DNA of 64,000 bases from Octopus vulgaris (lineage: Eukaryota), in contig OX597829.1 of assembly GCA_951406725.2 (NCBI GenBank), positions 49,848,001-49,912,000 of the forward strand. Direction: 5' to 3'. Below the pieces are notes generated by a model. It did no database searches, had not been told where the DNA came from, and was given only the letters and a program-made list of their open reading frames with translations. The translations under genes were made by a program, and so were the position numbers. Numbering within the stretch: the first letter of the stretch is position 1; every line of letters starts with the position of its first letter. Positions 1-12,408 of the stretch are shown piece by piece.

Positions 1-144
1 AAACATGAAAACACAAAGAGAAAACACAACAATGCGAGGACGTGGAACAAATATAGTATTATTGGACGCTCAGGAAGGATGGGAAGAAGGAGGGTTTACC
101 GTTTCGAGCGGAGCTCTTCGTCGGAAACATAGAAGGAAAGATCC

Positions 145-147
<3 letters not shown>
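1..147 (-). mobile_element. Penelope-like pLTR fragment, family B, with degenerate minimal hammerhead motif (94-128)
   Basis: Minus strand GTTT-CCGACGA-A-GAGCTCCGCTC-GAAA-CGGT-AAAC; homologous to 40291-40467 and 56143-56339; abuts (TA)n. Confidence 0.65.
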
Positions 148-180
<33 letters not shown>

Positions 181-184
<4 letters not shown>

Positions 185-554
185 GCACATAAAAAGCACC
201 ATCCGAACGTGGCCGATGCCAGCGTCGCCTCGACTGGCTTCTGTGCTGGTGGCACATAAAAAGCACCATCCGAACGTGGCCAATGCCAGCGCCGCTTTGA
301 CTGGCTTCCATCCCGGTGGCACATTAAAAGCACCAACCGATCATGGCCGATGCCAGACTACCCTGGCACCTGTGCCGGTGGCACGTAAAAAGCACCCACT
401 ACACTCGCGGAGTGGTTGGCATTAGGAAGGGCTGTAGAAACACTACCAGATCAGACTGGAGCCTGGTGCAGCCCCTGGCTTCCCAGACCCCGGTCGAATC
501 GTCCAACCTGTGCTGGCGCGGAAAACGGACGTTAAACGATGATGATGATGATGA
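181..554 (+). mobile_element. RTE-LINE 3' UTR-derived repeat with ~70-bp subrepeats and (GAT)n tail
   Basis: GGTGGCACGTAAAAAGCACC subrepeats, TTAGGAAGGGC motif, ends in (GAT)n; the same sequence follows the RTE ORF at 28100-28563. Confidence 0.75.
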
Positions 555-807
555 TTCACTTCATCATTTAAATTTAATTTGCCAAAATATTTTCGTCGCA
601 TTGAGACCATGACCTGTTTACTGACAAAATTCTGTGCTGGATCTCAAAGCAACAAAAATATTTTGGCAAATTAAATTTAAATGTTGAAGTGAATCTAATG
701 GTTTTTGTGTTTTTTCAAATGGCTTATAAACAGCTTCCACACTGCAATTGTTTTCATTCCAGCACATGATCTAAGATCAGGTCACTTGCTATGCAAGTAC
801 ATCTCCA

Positions 808-808
<1 letters not shown>
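553..808. mobile_element. Inverted-repeat Penelope-like pLTR element, family C (G3-C8 hammerhead-like)
   Basis: Arms ~553-610 and ~641-694 are reverse complements; homologous to 44219-44541. Confidence 0.65.
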
Positions 809-846
<38 letters not shown>

Positions 847-1273
847 TTTATTTAAAAGCAGCAGAAATATAACAAAAGCTGTTACTCAGAGTTTCACTGT
901 CCAACTGTAAAAACCAGCCACTACACTCTCAGAGTGGTTGGCGTTAGGAAGGACACCCAGCTGTTGAAACATTGCCAGATCAGACTGGAGTGTGGTGCAG
1001 CCTTCTGGCTTGCCAACCCTTAGTCAAACCATCCAAACCATGCCAGCATGGAAAGCGGACGTTAAACGACAATGATGATATATACATATATATATACACA
1101 CACATTTATGAATATTTTGGCAGAAGTAATAGGGGAAAGAATTTCATCTGTCAGTACTTATCAAATTAGCTACAAAACAACAGGTTATATACAGTGATAA
1201 CTGTATATACACTTGAAACTCTCTGCCCTTGAGTCACTCTGTTACTTCTGCCAATATTGATAATGCATATATA

Positions 1274-1315
<42 letters not shown>

Positions 1316-1432
1316 CATGTTGTGAGTTTTATTTTCCCTGTTTGTATTGCCAAACCTGTACATGCATTATATAATTATTAATATATGTAGATATGTGTGT
1401 GTGTGTATGAATGCTTGTATATAAATATATAT

Positions 1433-1467
<35 letters not shown>

Positions 1468-1831
1468 TTAACATCTGCCTTCCATACCAGCACGGGTGTA
1501 TCAATATATGTGTGTGTGTGTATAGATAGATAGATAGATAGATAGGTACATACATGCATACATACATATGTATATATGTGTATATGTACATACATACACA
1601 CAGACTTATACACACATACACACACATTACATGAATATTCATGTGTATATATATATATATATATAATTATTAAAGAGAAAAACCTATGCTTCATTTCTTA
1701 TTTCATTTCATCTGTTGTAAATAAATATAAATGGAAACGGACAGTGGAAAATAGATTACGGAAATTATATTGCGAGATTAAAGTAACGAAAAACCATGCG
1801 AACACATGAATTTAACAATGTAAAAACTCTT

Positions 1832-1916
1832 CTATCTGTTGTCTAACAAATTTGTCAATTTTGTCAGAATGTCAGAATTTATAAAGATCATCACAGTGAA
1901 AATATTTAAACACAGA
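1832..1916 (-). other. Candidate terminal exon of an unidentified transcript
   Basis: tattttag acceptor; phase-2 continuation from 4822-4892 reads LCLNIFTVMIFINSDILTKLTNLLDNR*; no recognised homology. Confidence 0.25.
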
Positions 1917-2139
1917 CTAAAATAATATTGAAGAAGAAAAAAATATTTTGTAACTTCCTTTAGTTTGAAGTTTGGTAACATTTTAATAACATTAAATGGA
2001 TTTTTAAAATAACAAAATCGCATGGGCGTAGTCATGGCTATGTGGTTAAGAATTTAACTTTGGAACTATGCATTTGATGGTATGGGCGTGTTTAACAATT
2101 TCCCAGGGGCCTTTCAGGTTTTGGTAAGGACTCTGATGC

Positions 2140-2400
2140 TAACATATATATGTCGATGCACCTTCATATGATGTAGTTAAGCACTGGCATCGCCAGTTCA
2201 AATATGGTTGTACATCAGAGAAAACTGCTCCTATTCCTGGATGACCATATTCTGCCATCGATGATGACACCATCCATAAAGCGGAAGCTGCCATTTTGGA
2301 GGGTTGCAGCATATGGTGTAGTTCTGTGTGTAGAGGTCATTGTGCATTGGTCTGCCTGGTGTCCATAAAGCTGTTTAAGAAGGTTCTGATTCCCAGATTT
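2140..2400. mobile_element. Mariner fragments
   Basis: 2140-2305 is a diverged copy of ~2985-3140 of the neighbouring mariner transposase. Confidence 0.6.
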
Positions 2401-2893
2401 TATCCAACTCAGCAGTTGCCAATCACTTTTAGCTCATGGGCCCCTCTGATTCCTATTTTATTCTTCTTGACCCTTATGGCTATCTCATTATATTTTTATA
2501 ATTAATATATTATTAAGGAACTGTATTAAGAAGCTGTTAAAATATTTTGTGCATTGTATAAGTATTAGCAATTTGTTTCAGATAAATTTCAGCCATGAAA
2601 TATTTTATTGACTTCTAAAAGTCATATGAAACATGGTTGAGAACCACTGATCTAACTAAATGGTGCTGGGGTTTATCTAATCAAATGACATGAGCCAATA
2701 TCACCTTCTCTAATGAGAACATTCATGAGAGGTGTTCATTAAAGATTTCCCTTGACCCACTTCCAGTTATTGCAAGAAATGGAACTTGTGCAGGTATAAT
2801 CATACATGTTTCTACATGTCACGTTGTAAATTGCTGCTTTTCACTAATTTTCATTCGTCTTTTATGGCTGCTGAAGTGGACTAAGGTGTTATA

Positions 2894-3932
2894 ATGGAGG
2901 CAGTTGAATGCTGATCAGTGATCAGGTTCTTATAATTGAAAGAACATACACCAAAAGAAACTTTCAATGAGATGAAAGAAGTTTATGGTGATGATGCACC
3001 TTCAAATGACATAGTCAAGCACTCACATCGCCAGTTCAAATGTGGTTGCACATCAGTGAAAATTGCTCCTATCCCTGGATGGCCATATTCTGACATCGAT
3101 GACAACACCATCCATAAAGTGGAAGCTGCTATTTTGGAGGATTGTGGCATAACTATTCAACAACTTGCCCGAGAAGTGAAGATAAATGTAGGGTCCATGG
3201 AAAAAATTATTCACGACCATTTGCCCATGCAGAAGTTGTTTCCACGATGGATTCCCTTGATATTCACACCTTTTCAGAAGCAGGAACAAGTCAATTGCTC
3301 CTAGTTTATTTTGGCAATGTGCCAAGAAAACGAGGAGGACTTTTTCAGTAGACTTATCACACTGGATGTAACATGGGTCCATCACTATGATGCTGAGACT
3401 AAAGTCCAGTCAAAGCAATTGAAGCATGATAACTCACTACCTCCAAAGAAGGCCTGTATCCAACCCTCAACAGGCAAGGTGATGCTCACAGTCTTTTGGA
3501 ACCAGCGTGGAGTAGTGAGGGTGGATTTCCAGGCAAAGAGTACCACAATTAATGGACATATTATGCTTCTCTGCTGCAGAAATTGCAGGATGCCATCGAA
3601 GCAGAGAGGCGTGGCATGCTGACCAAAGGTGTCTGCCTCCTCCAAGACAATGCCCCAGTTCACAATGTGTATGTTGCCCAGATGAATGCACACTCCTGTT
3701 GATATCAAATCCTTCCTCTCCTGACCTCACACCATCTGACTTCCACCCCTTTCCAAACATGAAGTCTTTTTTTGAAGGGGAAGCACTTGCAGATGATGAT
3801 GAACTTATTTCCAAGGTAAAGTTTTGGCTGCAGATGCAACCTGCCAATTTCTACAGATGAGGTCTTCACAACTGCATAAAACGATGAGGAAAGTGTGTCA
3901 TCATTGGTGGTGGCCATGTAGAGAAGGACTAA
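2894..3932 (+). pseudogene. Mariner transposase pseudogene
   Basis: HTH region EMKEVYGDDAPS, RWIPLIFT (WVPHEL-like), LITLDVTWVHHYD, VMLTVFW, LLQDN, SPDLTPSDFHPFPNMK (YSPDL-like); stops and frameshifts. Confidence 0.9.
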
Positions 3933-3992
3933 TAATTATGTGAAGTTTCAATTATTCCAGTCCTTGGAAAGTAGGTCATGGGAAGTCTTTAA

Positions 3993-4214
3993 CCCTTTTG
4001 ATACCAACCTGGCTGAAACCAGTTCTGGCTCTGTAGTACAAATGTCTTGCTTTCATAAATTTTGAATTAAAATCTTCCACCAAACCTTAGTCACAATTTA
4101 TGTTCCTAAAACCAGCTGAATGATAACTAAGTTATTTTACTAAATTCTTTGTTATATTTAAAATTAATTGAAAGAAACACGGAGCATCTGAACAGAAATA
4201 TGGTAACAAAAGGG
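3993..4214 (+). mobile_element. piggyBac-type MITE
   Basis: TTAA-CCCTTTTGATACCA...TGGTAACAAAAGGG-TTAA; TTAA TSD; four copies in the window. Confidence 0.85.
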
Positions 4215-4245
4215 TTAAAATATATAATAGAGGAACAATTCTTAA

Positions 4246-4770
4246 CCCTTTTGTCACCAACCTGACTGAAACCACCTCTCACTCTGAGTACAAATGTCTT
4301 ATTTTTATAAGTTTTTAATTAAAATCTTCCACCAAACCTTGGTCACAATTTATGTTCCTAACATTAACTTAATGGTAACTAAGTTATTTTATTAAATTCT
4401 TTGTTATATTTAAAACTAGCAGTATCGCCCGGCGTTGCTCGGGCTTGTAAGGGAAATAACTATATAAGCATTTTTAGAGAGTTACTTCCCTTATATAATA
4501 GCAAAAAAAATGCATTAAAAATGGAAAAAAATGATGGTAAATTTTTTTTTAAATCGTAGACTCATCGTAGACGCATGCTAATACCCAGAAGGGCTCGATA
4601 TGAATCACGACTATAAGATACCCGCTTTTGGTTAAACTGCACCGCAAAATGTGGGAGTAGTTAGGAATCTAATTCGTAGGAGACAGACACTCACACAGCT
4701 TCAGTTTTATATATATAGATTAATTGAAAGAAACACAGAGCATCTCGAAATAAATACAGTAATGGAAAGG
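4246..4770 (+). mobile_element. piggyBac-type MITE carrying a Helitron insertion
   Basis: TTAA flanks; colinear with 3993-4214 once 4416-4719 is removed. Confidence 0.8.
4416..4719 (-). mobile_element. Non-autonomous Helitron
   Basis: Minus strand begins TC, ends with hairpin CCCGAGCAACGCCGGG then CTAG; inserted between A and T with no TSD (empty site visible at ~4158-4170). Confidence 0.88.
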
Positions 4771-4821
4771 TTAATGAACACCCTTTGTATGTGAGTCAGA
4801 AAGTTGATCTCTGTTTCATAC

Positions 4822-4892
4822 AGGTCAGACAGTTGCATAGAGCATAATCTGCAAACAGTTTGTTGCAAAACGCTGATGTACAGCAGATGTGC
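4822..4892 (-). other. Candidate internal exon
   Basis: ctctttag acceptor, CCT|gtatga donor; phase-0 frame AHLLYISVLQQTVCRLCSMQLSD open. Confidence 0.3.
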
Positions 4893-4949
4893 CTAAAGAG
4901 ATTATCTATGTGCATCATAAATGTTCTTTTTTAAAATGTATTTTCTAAG

Positions 4950-5120
4950 TAGACACTAGCATGACTGTGTGGTAAGAAGCTTGTTTCCCAACCACATGGT
5001 TCCTGGTTCAGTCCCACTGCATGGCACCCTGGGCAAGTGTCTTCCACTATAGCCTTGGTTTGACCAAAACCTTTTGAGTGGATATGGTAGACGGAAACTG
5101 AAAGAAGCCTATTGTATGAA

Positions 5121-5158
<38 letters not shown>

Positions 5159-5230
5159 GGTGTGTTTACAACTCAGTAACTTAGCAGTTTGGCAAAAGGG
5201 AACCAATAGGATAAGTACCAGGCTTATAAT
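4950..5230 (+). mobile_element. tRNA-headed SINE, family S2 (truncated)
   Basis: A-box-like TGACTGTGTGG, B-box-like GGTTCAGTCCC, ACCCTGGGCAAGT, internal (GT)n. Confidence 0.8.
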
Positions 5231-5513
5231 CACGAAGCAGCATCGAATGAAATATAGTTATTCTTTTATTCTTTTATTCTTTTACTTGTTTTAGTTAATT
5301 GGCCATGGCCATGCTGGAGCAGCAACTTGAAGAAATTTTAGTCAAACAAATCAACCCCAGGACTTATTTCTTAAACCTAGTACTTATTCTACTGGTTCCT
5401 TTTGCCAAACTGCTAAGTTACAGGGACCTAAAAATACCAACACCAGTTCTCAAGCAGTGATTGGGGGGTGGGAGACAAACACAGACACAAAGACACACAC
5501 ATAAAGGTATATA

Positions 5514-5547
<34 letters not shown>

Positions 5548-5596
5548 CTTTTTTTTGTAAATTCTCAGTATATATATATATATGTACTAAGAATTT

Positions 5597-5780
5597 ACAA
5601 AAAAAGGACAAAAGATGAAGACACGTGTGTAAACAACAAACAGATGTATTAGTTTAATGCTCAGGAAGTGAGAAAGTCTTTTACATTTCGAGCCTTTGCT
5701 CTTCAACAGAAAGGAACACAGAAATAAACAAGGAGAGAAAATAGAAAAAGGTATTGTGGCTAGTGGTCTATCATGGTGAA
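5597..5780 (-). mobile_element. Penelope-like pLTR fragment related to family B, with hammerhead-like motif at 5678-5713
   Basis: CTTT-CTGTTGA-A-GAGCAAAGGCTC-GAAA-TGTA-AAAG on the minus strand. Confidence 0.5.
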
Positions 5781-6800
5781 TGCTGGACAGAGGTTCACAC
5801 AGGAGAGCTACGAAGAAGGGGTGATAATAAGGTAGTGGTGATCCCACAACAAAGGAGCCCATGCATGTGTATGTGAGTGCATGTATGTGCGTGTGAAAGG
5901 GGGCTGGTGACATTGACGTGTACCTCTGTGCATGTGTAGGTGTGTGGATGATGGTGTGGGTGCCAGGAAGTGGTCAGTGCTAGTGTGTGCAGGGTGGTGT
6001 GATGTGGTGTGGTGTGGTATGGTGGTGTGTGGTGTGTGGTGTCTTATTGCAGTGTGGTGGTGTATGGTGTGGTGGTGTGTGATGTGATGGTGTGGTGGTG
6101 TGTGGTATGGTGTGCCTCTGTATTCATTAAACCAATGTGGGAAACTCGAAATGATTACTTGACCTTCAAGAAATAACTGCTAAATTTTCCTCAAATCATA
6201 TCTTGCTATCACAAAGTAATGAAAGTCACGCTAGAAAATGCAGTGTTGAATATACAACAAAATGGTATGGCAATGGCTGGAATGGATTTGATAAGCCTTT
6301 CTGCTGAAATTTTGAGGGAAGGGACTAGTCAATTACATCAATCCCAGTGTTTCACTGGTATTTAATTTATTGACCCCGATAAGATGGAAAACAAAGTCAA
6401 CCTCAGCAGAATTTGAACTCAGAACATTAAGGCAGACAAAATGCCCCTAAACATTTTGTCCAGCATACTAATGATTTTTTTTCTACTAAGGGCACAAGGC
6501 CTGAAATTTGGGGGGAGGAGGACAGTCGATTAGATCAACCCCAGTGCACAACTGGTACTTAATTTATCAACCTCTGAAAGCATGTAAAGGCAAAGTCGAC
6601 CTCGGTGGAATTTGAACTCAAAACACGAAGACAGACAAAATACCGCTAAGCATTTTGCAGGATCACGTTTACTGACGGATGGCCTTAAACAACCAGAACA
6701 ACAACAACAACAACACCAACAACAACAACAACAACAACAGCAACAACAACATTAACCTTTTCTTTCTATAGTAGTACACTATTTCAGCAGATATGAATAC

Positions 6801-7016
6801 CTGGCCTCCATTTAATAAATCCATACAAGCATACAAGCCAATGCTGGTGTCCAGACATTTTCTCACTTCTTTTATGTTCAGTTTTTCATGCAATTTAATT
6901 GTGCACATCAAATGGATCACATGTAATTTATTCCATTGCAGTTCCTTTGAAGTTCTTTCATGCCCAGCTTTCCATACCTCACTGCAACATCTTGAACGAT
7001 TTCTTTTTTTTTTTTT
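6801..7016 (-). other. Candidate internal exon (216 nt, phase 0-0, open frame)
   Basis: ttttttttcaacag acceptor, CAG|gtattc donor; KKKKRNRSRCCSEVWKAGHERT...LYACMDLLNGGQ with no stop; no recognised domain. Confidence 0.35.
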
Positions 7017-7184
7017 CTGTTGAAAAAAAATTAAGCAGAATTGTTAAACTGAAAGTTGGTCTGTATACGTATGTATGTGTATGTATATATATGTATATAT
7101 ATATATAATTTATAAAGCAGATCTACAAACAAGGCTAATTTAGCTATTTATCAGTGAGCTGAAAAAAAAATGAACAGCCTTAAT

Positions 7185-7555
7185 AGATGCAGGAGTGGCT
7201 GTGTGGTAAGTAGCTTGCTTACAAACCACATGGTTCCATGTTCAGTCCCACTGCGAGGCACCTTGGGCAAGTGTCTTCTACTACAGCCTCAGGCCGACCA
7301 AAGCCTTGTGAGTGGATTTGGTTGATGGAAACTGAAGGAAGCCCATCATATGTGTGTGTGTGTGTGTTTGTCCCCTCACCATCACTTAACAACTGATGTT
7401 GGTGTGTTTATGTCCCTGTAACTTTGCAATTTGGCAAAAAAGACCAGTAGAATAAGTACTAGGCTTACAAAGAATAAGTCCCGGGGTCGATTTGATTGAC
7501 TAAAGGCGGTGCTCCAGCATGGCCACAGTCAAATGACTGAAACAAATAAAAGAAC
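7185..7555 (+). mobile_element. SINE family S2, near full length
   Basis: tRNA-like head, internal (GT)n, tail GCTCCAGCATGGCCACAGTCAAATGACTGAAACAA. Confidence 0.85.
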
Positions 7556-7876
7556 CTTAATTGATTTTCAAATATGATTGGATTCTGATCAGAGGCATTT
7601 TACATCAATTTGACCAATCTCGGGGAAACCAACAGCCAGTTTGTTTATATACTCCACAATTACAACAGCTACAGAAAACTGGGGTTATGAATTTGCTTAC
7701 CAAAAGTGTTGATATTTTATTTAATATCAGGGGCCAGTCAACAGGGGTCTCAGTTCATAACAGTATCAAGGTATGATATAACATACGTATCCTACATAGT
7801 AGATTTATTGACAGGGTTAATTCTCAAAAGACTAAAAGTATGTTCAACAATCTTTATCGATTTTCATATATAAATA

Positions 7877-9253
7877 CAAGGGGGTACCTAAAAGAAACAA
7901 GAATTTTGCAATATTATTTTATTGATTTAGGTACCATGTAGTGAGACTGAACCCAGGACCATGTCATTGGGAAGCAACCACATGTATACAACCACATATA
8001 TGAGGGGTACTCAAAAGTAACTGGAAACATTCTCTGTGGAACAAATCCATTGTGGTTCAGGTTTCTGCTACTAGAAGCCACTTGATGCAACCCTCAGGTA
8101 TCAGTCATACCGTCACAAAGTGTGTCTTTGTTTTGCAGTGTTTCTCCTCTGTTCGTCGATTTTTGCAATGGCTGAAATGAAGACACAGCGTGTTTCTGTG
8201 AAATCCTGTTTCCTGCTGGGGAAACCGGCGGCCGAAACAGTTGTCATGCTTCAAACAGCTTACAATGACGCTGCTATAAGCAAAACAAGTTTACGAGTGG
8301 TTTTCACACTTTAGGAATGGTCACTTATCATTTAAAAACCAACCACATTCAGGGCATCCGTCAACTTTCTGAACAAATGAAAATTGTTGAACTGATCTTG
8401 AGGGACCATCCCTGAACAATTGTTTTCCTGGAGCTCTGCCAAAGAATTTTGAGCAAGGAATTGTGAATGAAAAGAATTGCAGCAAAATTTGTGCCTCGTT
8501 TGCTCACAGAAAATCAAAAGCAGCCATGACTGAATACATGTTGTGAACTGAAAGAACAGCTGATCTGGACCTTTTTCGAAGGTCATCACTGGTGACAAAT
8601 GCTGGTACGATGGCTACGACCCAGAAACGAAGCAGCAATCAAGTCAATGGAAGCATTCAATGTCACCACATCCCAAAAAGGTGTACCAAGTGAAGTCCAA
8701 TGTGAAGACCATGATGATTTGTTTTGTCGCTGTGAAAGGAATTGTCCACACAGAATTTGTTCATCCTGGTCAAACTCTTAACCAGAAATTTTACTTGGCA
8801 GTTAGGAAGCATTTATGAGACGTGGAGGCAAAGTGGCAAAGTAGAGAGTGGTGTGAGACGCGGTGGAAACCTGTGGCAAAGTGGTAGAGTAATGGTCTCA
8901 TCATGACAATGTGCCTGTGAGACAGCTTTTGACCAAAAATGGCATGACGCTAATTACACACCCTCCCCATTCACCTGATCTCACTCCCTAAAACTTTTTT
9001 TTGTTCCCCTGAATGAAAAACGTCCTTAAAGGAGAACATTTTGCAGATGTGGTTGAGGTAAAGAAAAAAAACAAGGGAACTGTTAAAAAGGCATCACTCC
9101 ACAAGAATTCCAGGAGTGCCTCGCAATGTGGAAAACACATCTGGGTCGATGCATTGCTTTAATAGAAAATACTTAGACAGCAATAAAAGTGTAAACATGT
9201 AAAACTAGGTGAATAATATTGCAAAATTTCGGTTTCTTTTGGGTACCCCCTCG
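7877..9253 (+). mobile_element. Decayed mariner transposon (transposase remnant ~8168-9170)
   Basis: TA-flanked TIRs CAAGGGGGTACCTAAAAGAAAC / GTTTCTTTTGGGTACCCCCTCG; MAEMKTQRVSVKSCFLLGK, FVPRLLTENQK, ITGD, YDPETKQQSSQW, HPPHSPDL. Confidence 0.9.
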
Positions 9254-9261
9254 TATATATA

Positions 9262-9297
<36 letters not shown>

Positions 9298-9383
9298 TGT
9301 ATGTATGTATGTATGTATGTATGTATGTATGTATGTATGTATGTATGTATGTATATATGTATGTATATATGTATGTATGTATG

Positions 9384-9451
<68 letters not shown>

Positions 9452-9468
9452 TACACACACACACACAT

Positions 9469-9548
<80 letters not shown>
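9254..9548. repeat. (TATG)n/(TA)n microsatellite
   Basis: Direct reading. Confidence 0.95.
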
Positions 9549-9550
<2 letters not shown>

Positions 9551-9754
9551 CCCTCCTTCTTTCTTTCCTTTCCTGAGTGTCCAATAACACTATACTTGTT
9601 CCACATCCTCGCATTGTTGTGTTTTCTCTTTGTGTTTTCATGTTTGGATTAACTTTATATATATATATATATCGGTGATCAGTAAATAAATTTTACTGAT
9701 AATATGATATATTTGCAGAGAGGTTGCAGTTTTCTCAGCAAACGGCAGGCTACT

Positions 9755-9798
9755 CTGAACTGACGATGAGCAATACACTGAGAAACATATGTCTTCAG
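9755..9798 (+). ncRNA. Minimal type-I hammerhead ribozyme motif (Penelope type, family D)
   Basis: Stem I CTGAA/TTCAG, core CTGACGA, stem II TGAG/CTGA (one mismatch), GAAA, palindromic ACATATGT, GUC cleavage triplet. Confidence 0.75.
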
Positions 9799-10074
9799 GT
9801 GCCTTGTCCCGGATTGCGGGGGTCATTGCCTCCCCTTTGCAAATATAAGGACACAGAAAATGTGTCTAAGTTGACAGGATCGATGTTTCCTAGGGCTAAA
9901 TGGTGGTGGTGTAATTCCCTTACGGGACTGTCACATTGAGTTGACAGTATACGATCACTATATATATCAAATATGAATTAGAGATAAAACCACTAGTATG
10001 CAACTCAAACAGTGATAGACATAAATCAATACATGAATAATAAATAATATAAAAATAATTGATATATTAATTAT

Positions 10075-10109
<35 letters not shown>

Positions 10110-10111
<2 letters not shown>

Positions 10112-10683
10112 AGCAAATTGAAAATTAAAAATAATAAGTGACAAAACAACGTATTCGTGGAGTGTATTAGGTAGATGCTCAGTATAAAATGGAAAAAGGA
10201 GTGGATGCATAACATTTTGAGTATGGCTCTTCATCAGAAAGAGGAGAAAGGAAAGGTCCATAGGCACAGGTGTAGTTACGTAGTTGTGAAGCAAACTTCT
10301 CAATCTGAATTTTTCCCTGTAAGTTTGGAGCTATACTCCCTAATATTATTATATATATATATAAAACATGGTGGGTTTTTTGTAATTTCCATCTACCAAA
10401 TTCACTCACAAGGCTTTGGTTGGCCCAGGAGTACTTCTAAAAGATACTTGCCCAAAGAGTCATGCAGTGGAACTGAACCTTAGGCCACATGATTGTGAAG
10501 CAAGCTTCTCGACTACGTACCTACACCTGTGCCTATGGACCTTTCCTTTCCTCCTCTTTCTGATGAAGAGCCATACTCAAAATGTTATGCATCCACTCCT
10601 TTCTCCATTTTATACTGAGCATCTACCTAATACACTCCATGAGTACGTTGTTTTGTCACTTGTTATTTTTGATTTTCAATTTG

Positions 10684-10686
<3 letters not shown>
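10110..10686. repeat. ~190-bp inverted repeat around a ~190-bp spacer
   Basis: 10110-10305 is the reverse complement of 10489-10686; each arm has a degenerate CTGATGAAGAG..CTCAAAATGTT motif. Confidence 0.85.
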
Positions 10687-10719
<33 letters not shown>

Positions 10720-10802
10720 CACACATACACACACATATATATAGATAAATATATACATACATATATATATGCATATATATATATATATATATATATACAC
10801 AT

Positions 10803-10833
<31 letters not shown>

Positions 10834-10850
10834 GTATATATATATAAATA

Positions 10851-10916
<66 letters not shown>

Positions 10917-11095
10917 GGTAACTACTAGGACTTTGGGTATATGCCTGGTAGTATGCTAATTAAAGCACATTCACCATTTAAGCTACCTGATGTCATCTGC
11001 AGTCGTGATGTAATTGTTACTGGATTTACCTGAGGAATTCTGTAGTGTTCATTGAGTTTATAATGAGTGAACTTCATTTTCCATTTCCCTCACTC

Positions 11096-11133
<38 letters not shown>

Positions 11134-11424
11134 CACATACACACATACACCAAATAAGTTTTATCTTAATAATTCTGATGCGCACTCTATGCAATCTTTT
11201 TACTCTTTCCTTTTTCTCTCTCTTATTCTTTTACCTCCTCTTCTCCCACTTTTCTATCCTATTACTCTGTCACTCTCTCTCCCTCACTCCGCCTCCCTTG
11301 CTCATGTAGCTCCCACATGACCATCACCCATTTTTCTTTCTTTCTCTCCAGTATAGCTGGAACAAGGAAGACGTCTTCTTGTTTGTCTCCAGAGTATGAC
11401 TGGCATTTTACCACCAGGAGACAA

Positions 11425-11640
11425 ACAAGCATCATATAGTCTACCTTTCCTTCTGAGAGAGAGTCCTTTTGTTGTTAACAGAGGTAATAGCTCTCTGAAC
11501 TTCCTCCACACAATTCTTATTCTAGAAACAATACTTTCAGAACATCCTCCACCATTGCTAATTTGGTCACCTAGGTAACAGAAACTATCTACAACCTCAA
11601 GAGACCCTCTTGGGCATTTTAGAGAATCTAGTTCCTATGT
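11425..11640 (-). mobile_element. RTE LINE reverse transcriptase fragment
   Basis: WRKFRELLPLLTTKGLSLRRKGRLYDAC; homologous to 27290-27385. Confidence 0.85.
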
Positions 11641-12209
11641 GCACACACACACATCGAAATCAAATTCGATGACTGGCATCTTCCATACCGGTGGCACATA
11701 AAAAGTACCATTCGAGCGTGATCATTACCAGCGTCGCCTTACTGGCACTTGTGCTGGTGGCACGTGAAAAAACATTCGAGTGAGGTCAATGCCAGTGCCG
11801 CTGGACTGGGTCCTGTGCAGGTGGCACATAAAAAAACACCATTTGAGCGTGGCCATTGCCAGTACCGCCTGACTGTCCCTCGTGCCGGTGGCACATGAAA
11901 GCACATACTACACTCTTGGAGTGGCTGGCGTTAGGAAGGGCATCCAGCTGTAGAAACTCTACCAGATCAAGATTGGAGCCTGGTGCAGCCATCTGGTTTG
12001 CCAGACCTCAATCAAATCGTCCAACCCATGCCAGCATGGAAAGCGGACGTTAAATGATGATGATGATGATGTATATGAGTAGCTAAAATATGAAGGCCCT
12101 TAGCCTGCCCCCTATATATGCTTGTATAGCAGGTCCAAAGATGGTGCACCCTTAAAAATGTTGCTCAGAGCAGATTGCTGCCTTTGAATCCCTTATAGCT
12201 ATGTCACTG

Positions 12210-12367
12210 GTGTGTATGTATATATGCAATGTATATGTGTGTGTGTGTGTGTGTGTATCTATCAGTATGCTGTGTATATGTGTGAATGAACGTATATGTA
12301 TGTGTTTATGTTATGTATACATTGTGCATAAGTATGTGAATGAATGCGTATATGTGTCTATATGTAT

Positions 12368-12408
<41 letters not shown>

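Larger units (their letters stand above)
2726..4787 (+). mobile_element. Decayed mariner (Tc1/mariner) transposon; right TIR split by nested MITEs
   Basis: TIR GAGAGGTGTTCATTAAAGATTTCCC vs GGGAAGTCTT[insert]TTAATGAACACCCTTTG-TA; transposase remnants inside. Confidence 0.9.

Noticed and set aside
181-400. Regularly spaced ~20-bp motifs resembling a CRISPR array (also 55428-56135 and 61279-61510)
   Set aside because: Spacers are homologous to each other, the context is eukaryotic retroelement DNA, and there are no cas genes
879-897. Hammerhead 3' half (GAAACTCTGAGTA, minus strand)
   Set aside because: The CUGANGA half is missing; truncated fragment only
7701-7791. Selenoprotein exon (single in-frame TGA)
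   Set aside because: No selenoprotein-like context and no SECIS identified; a single stop is expected by chance
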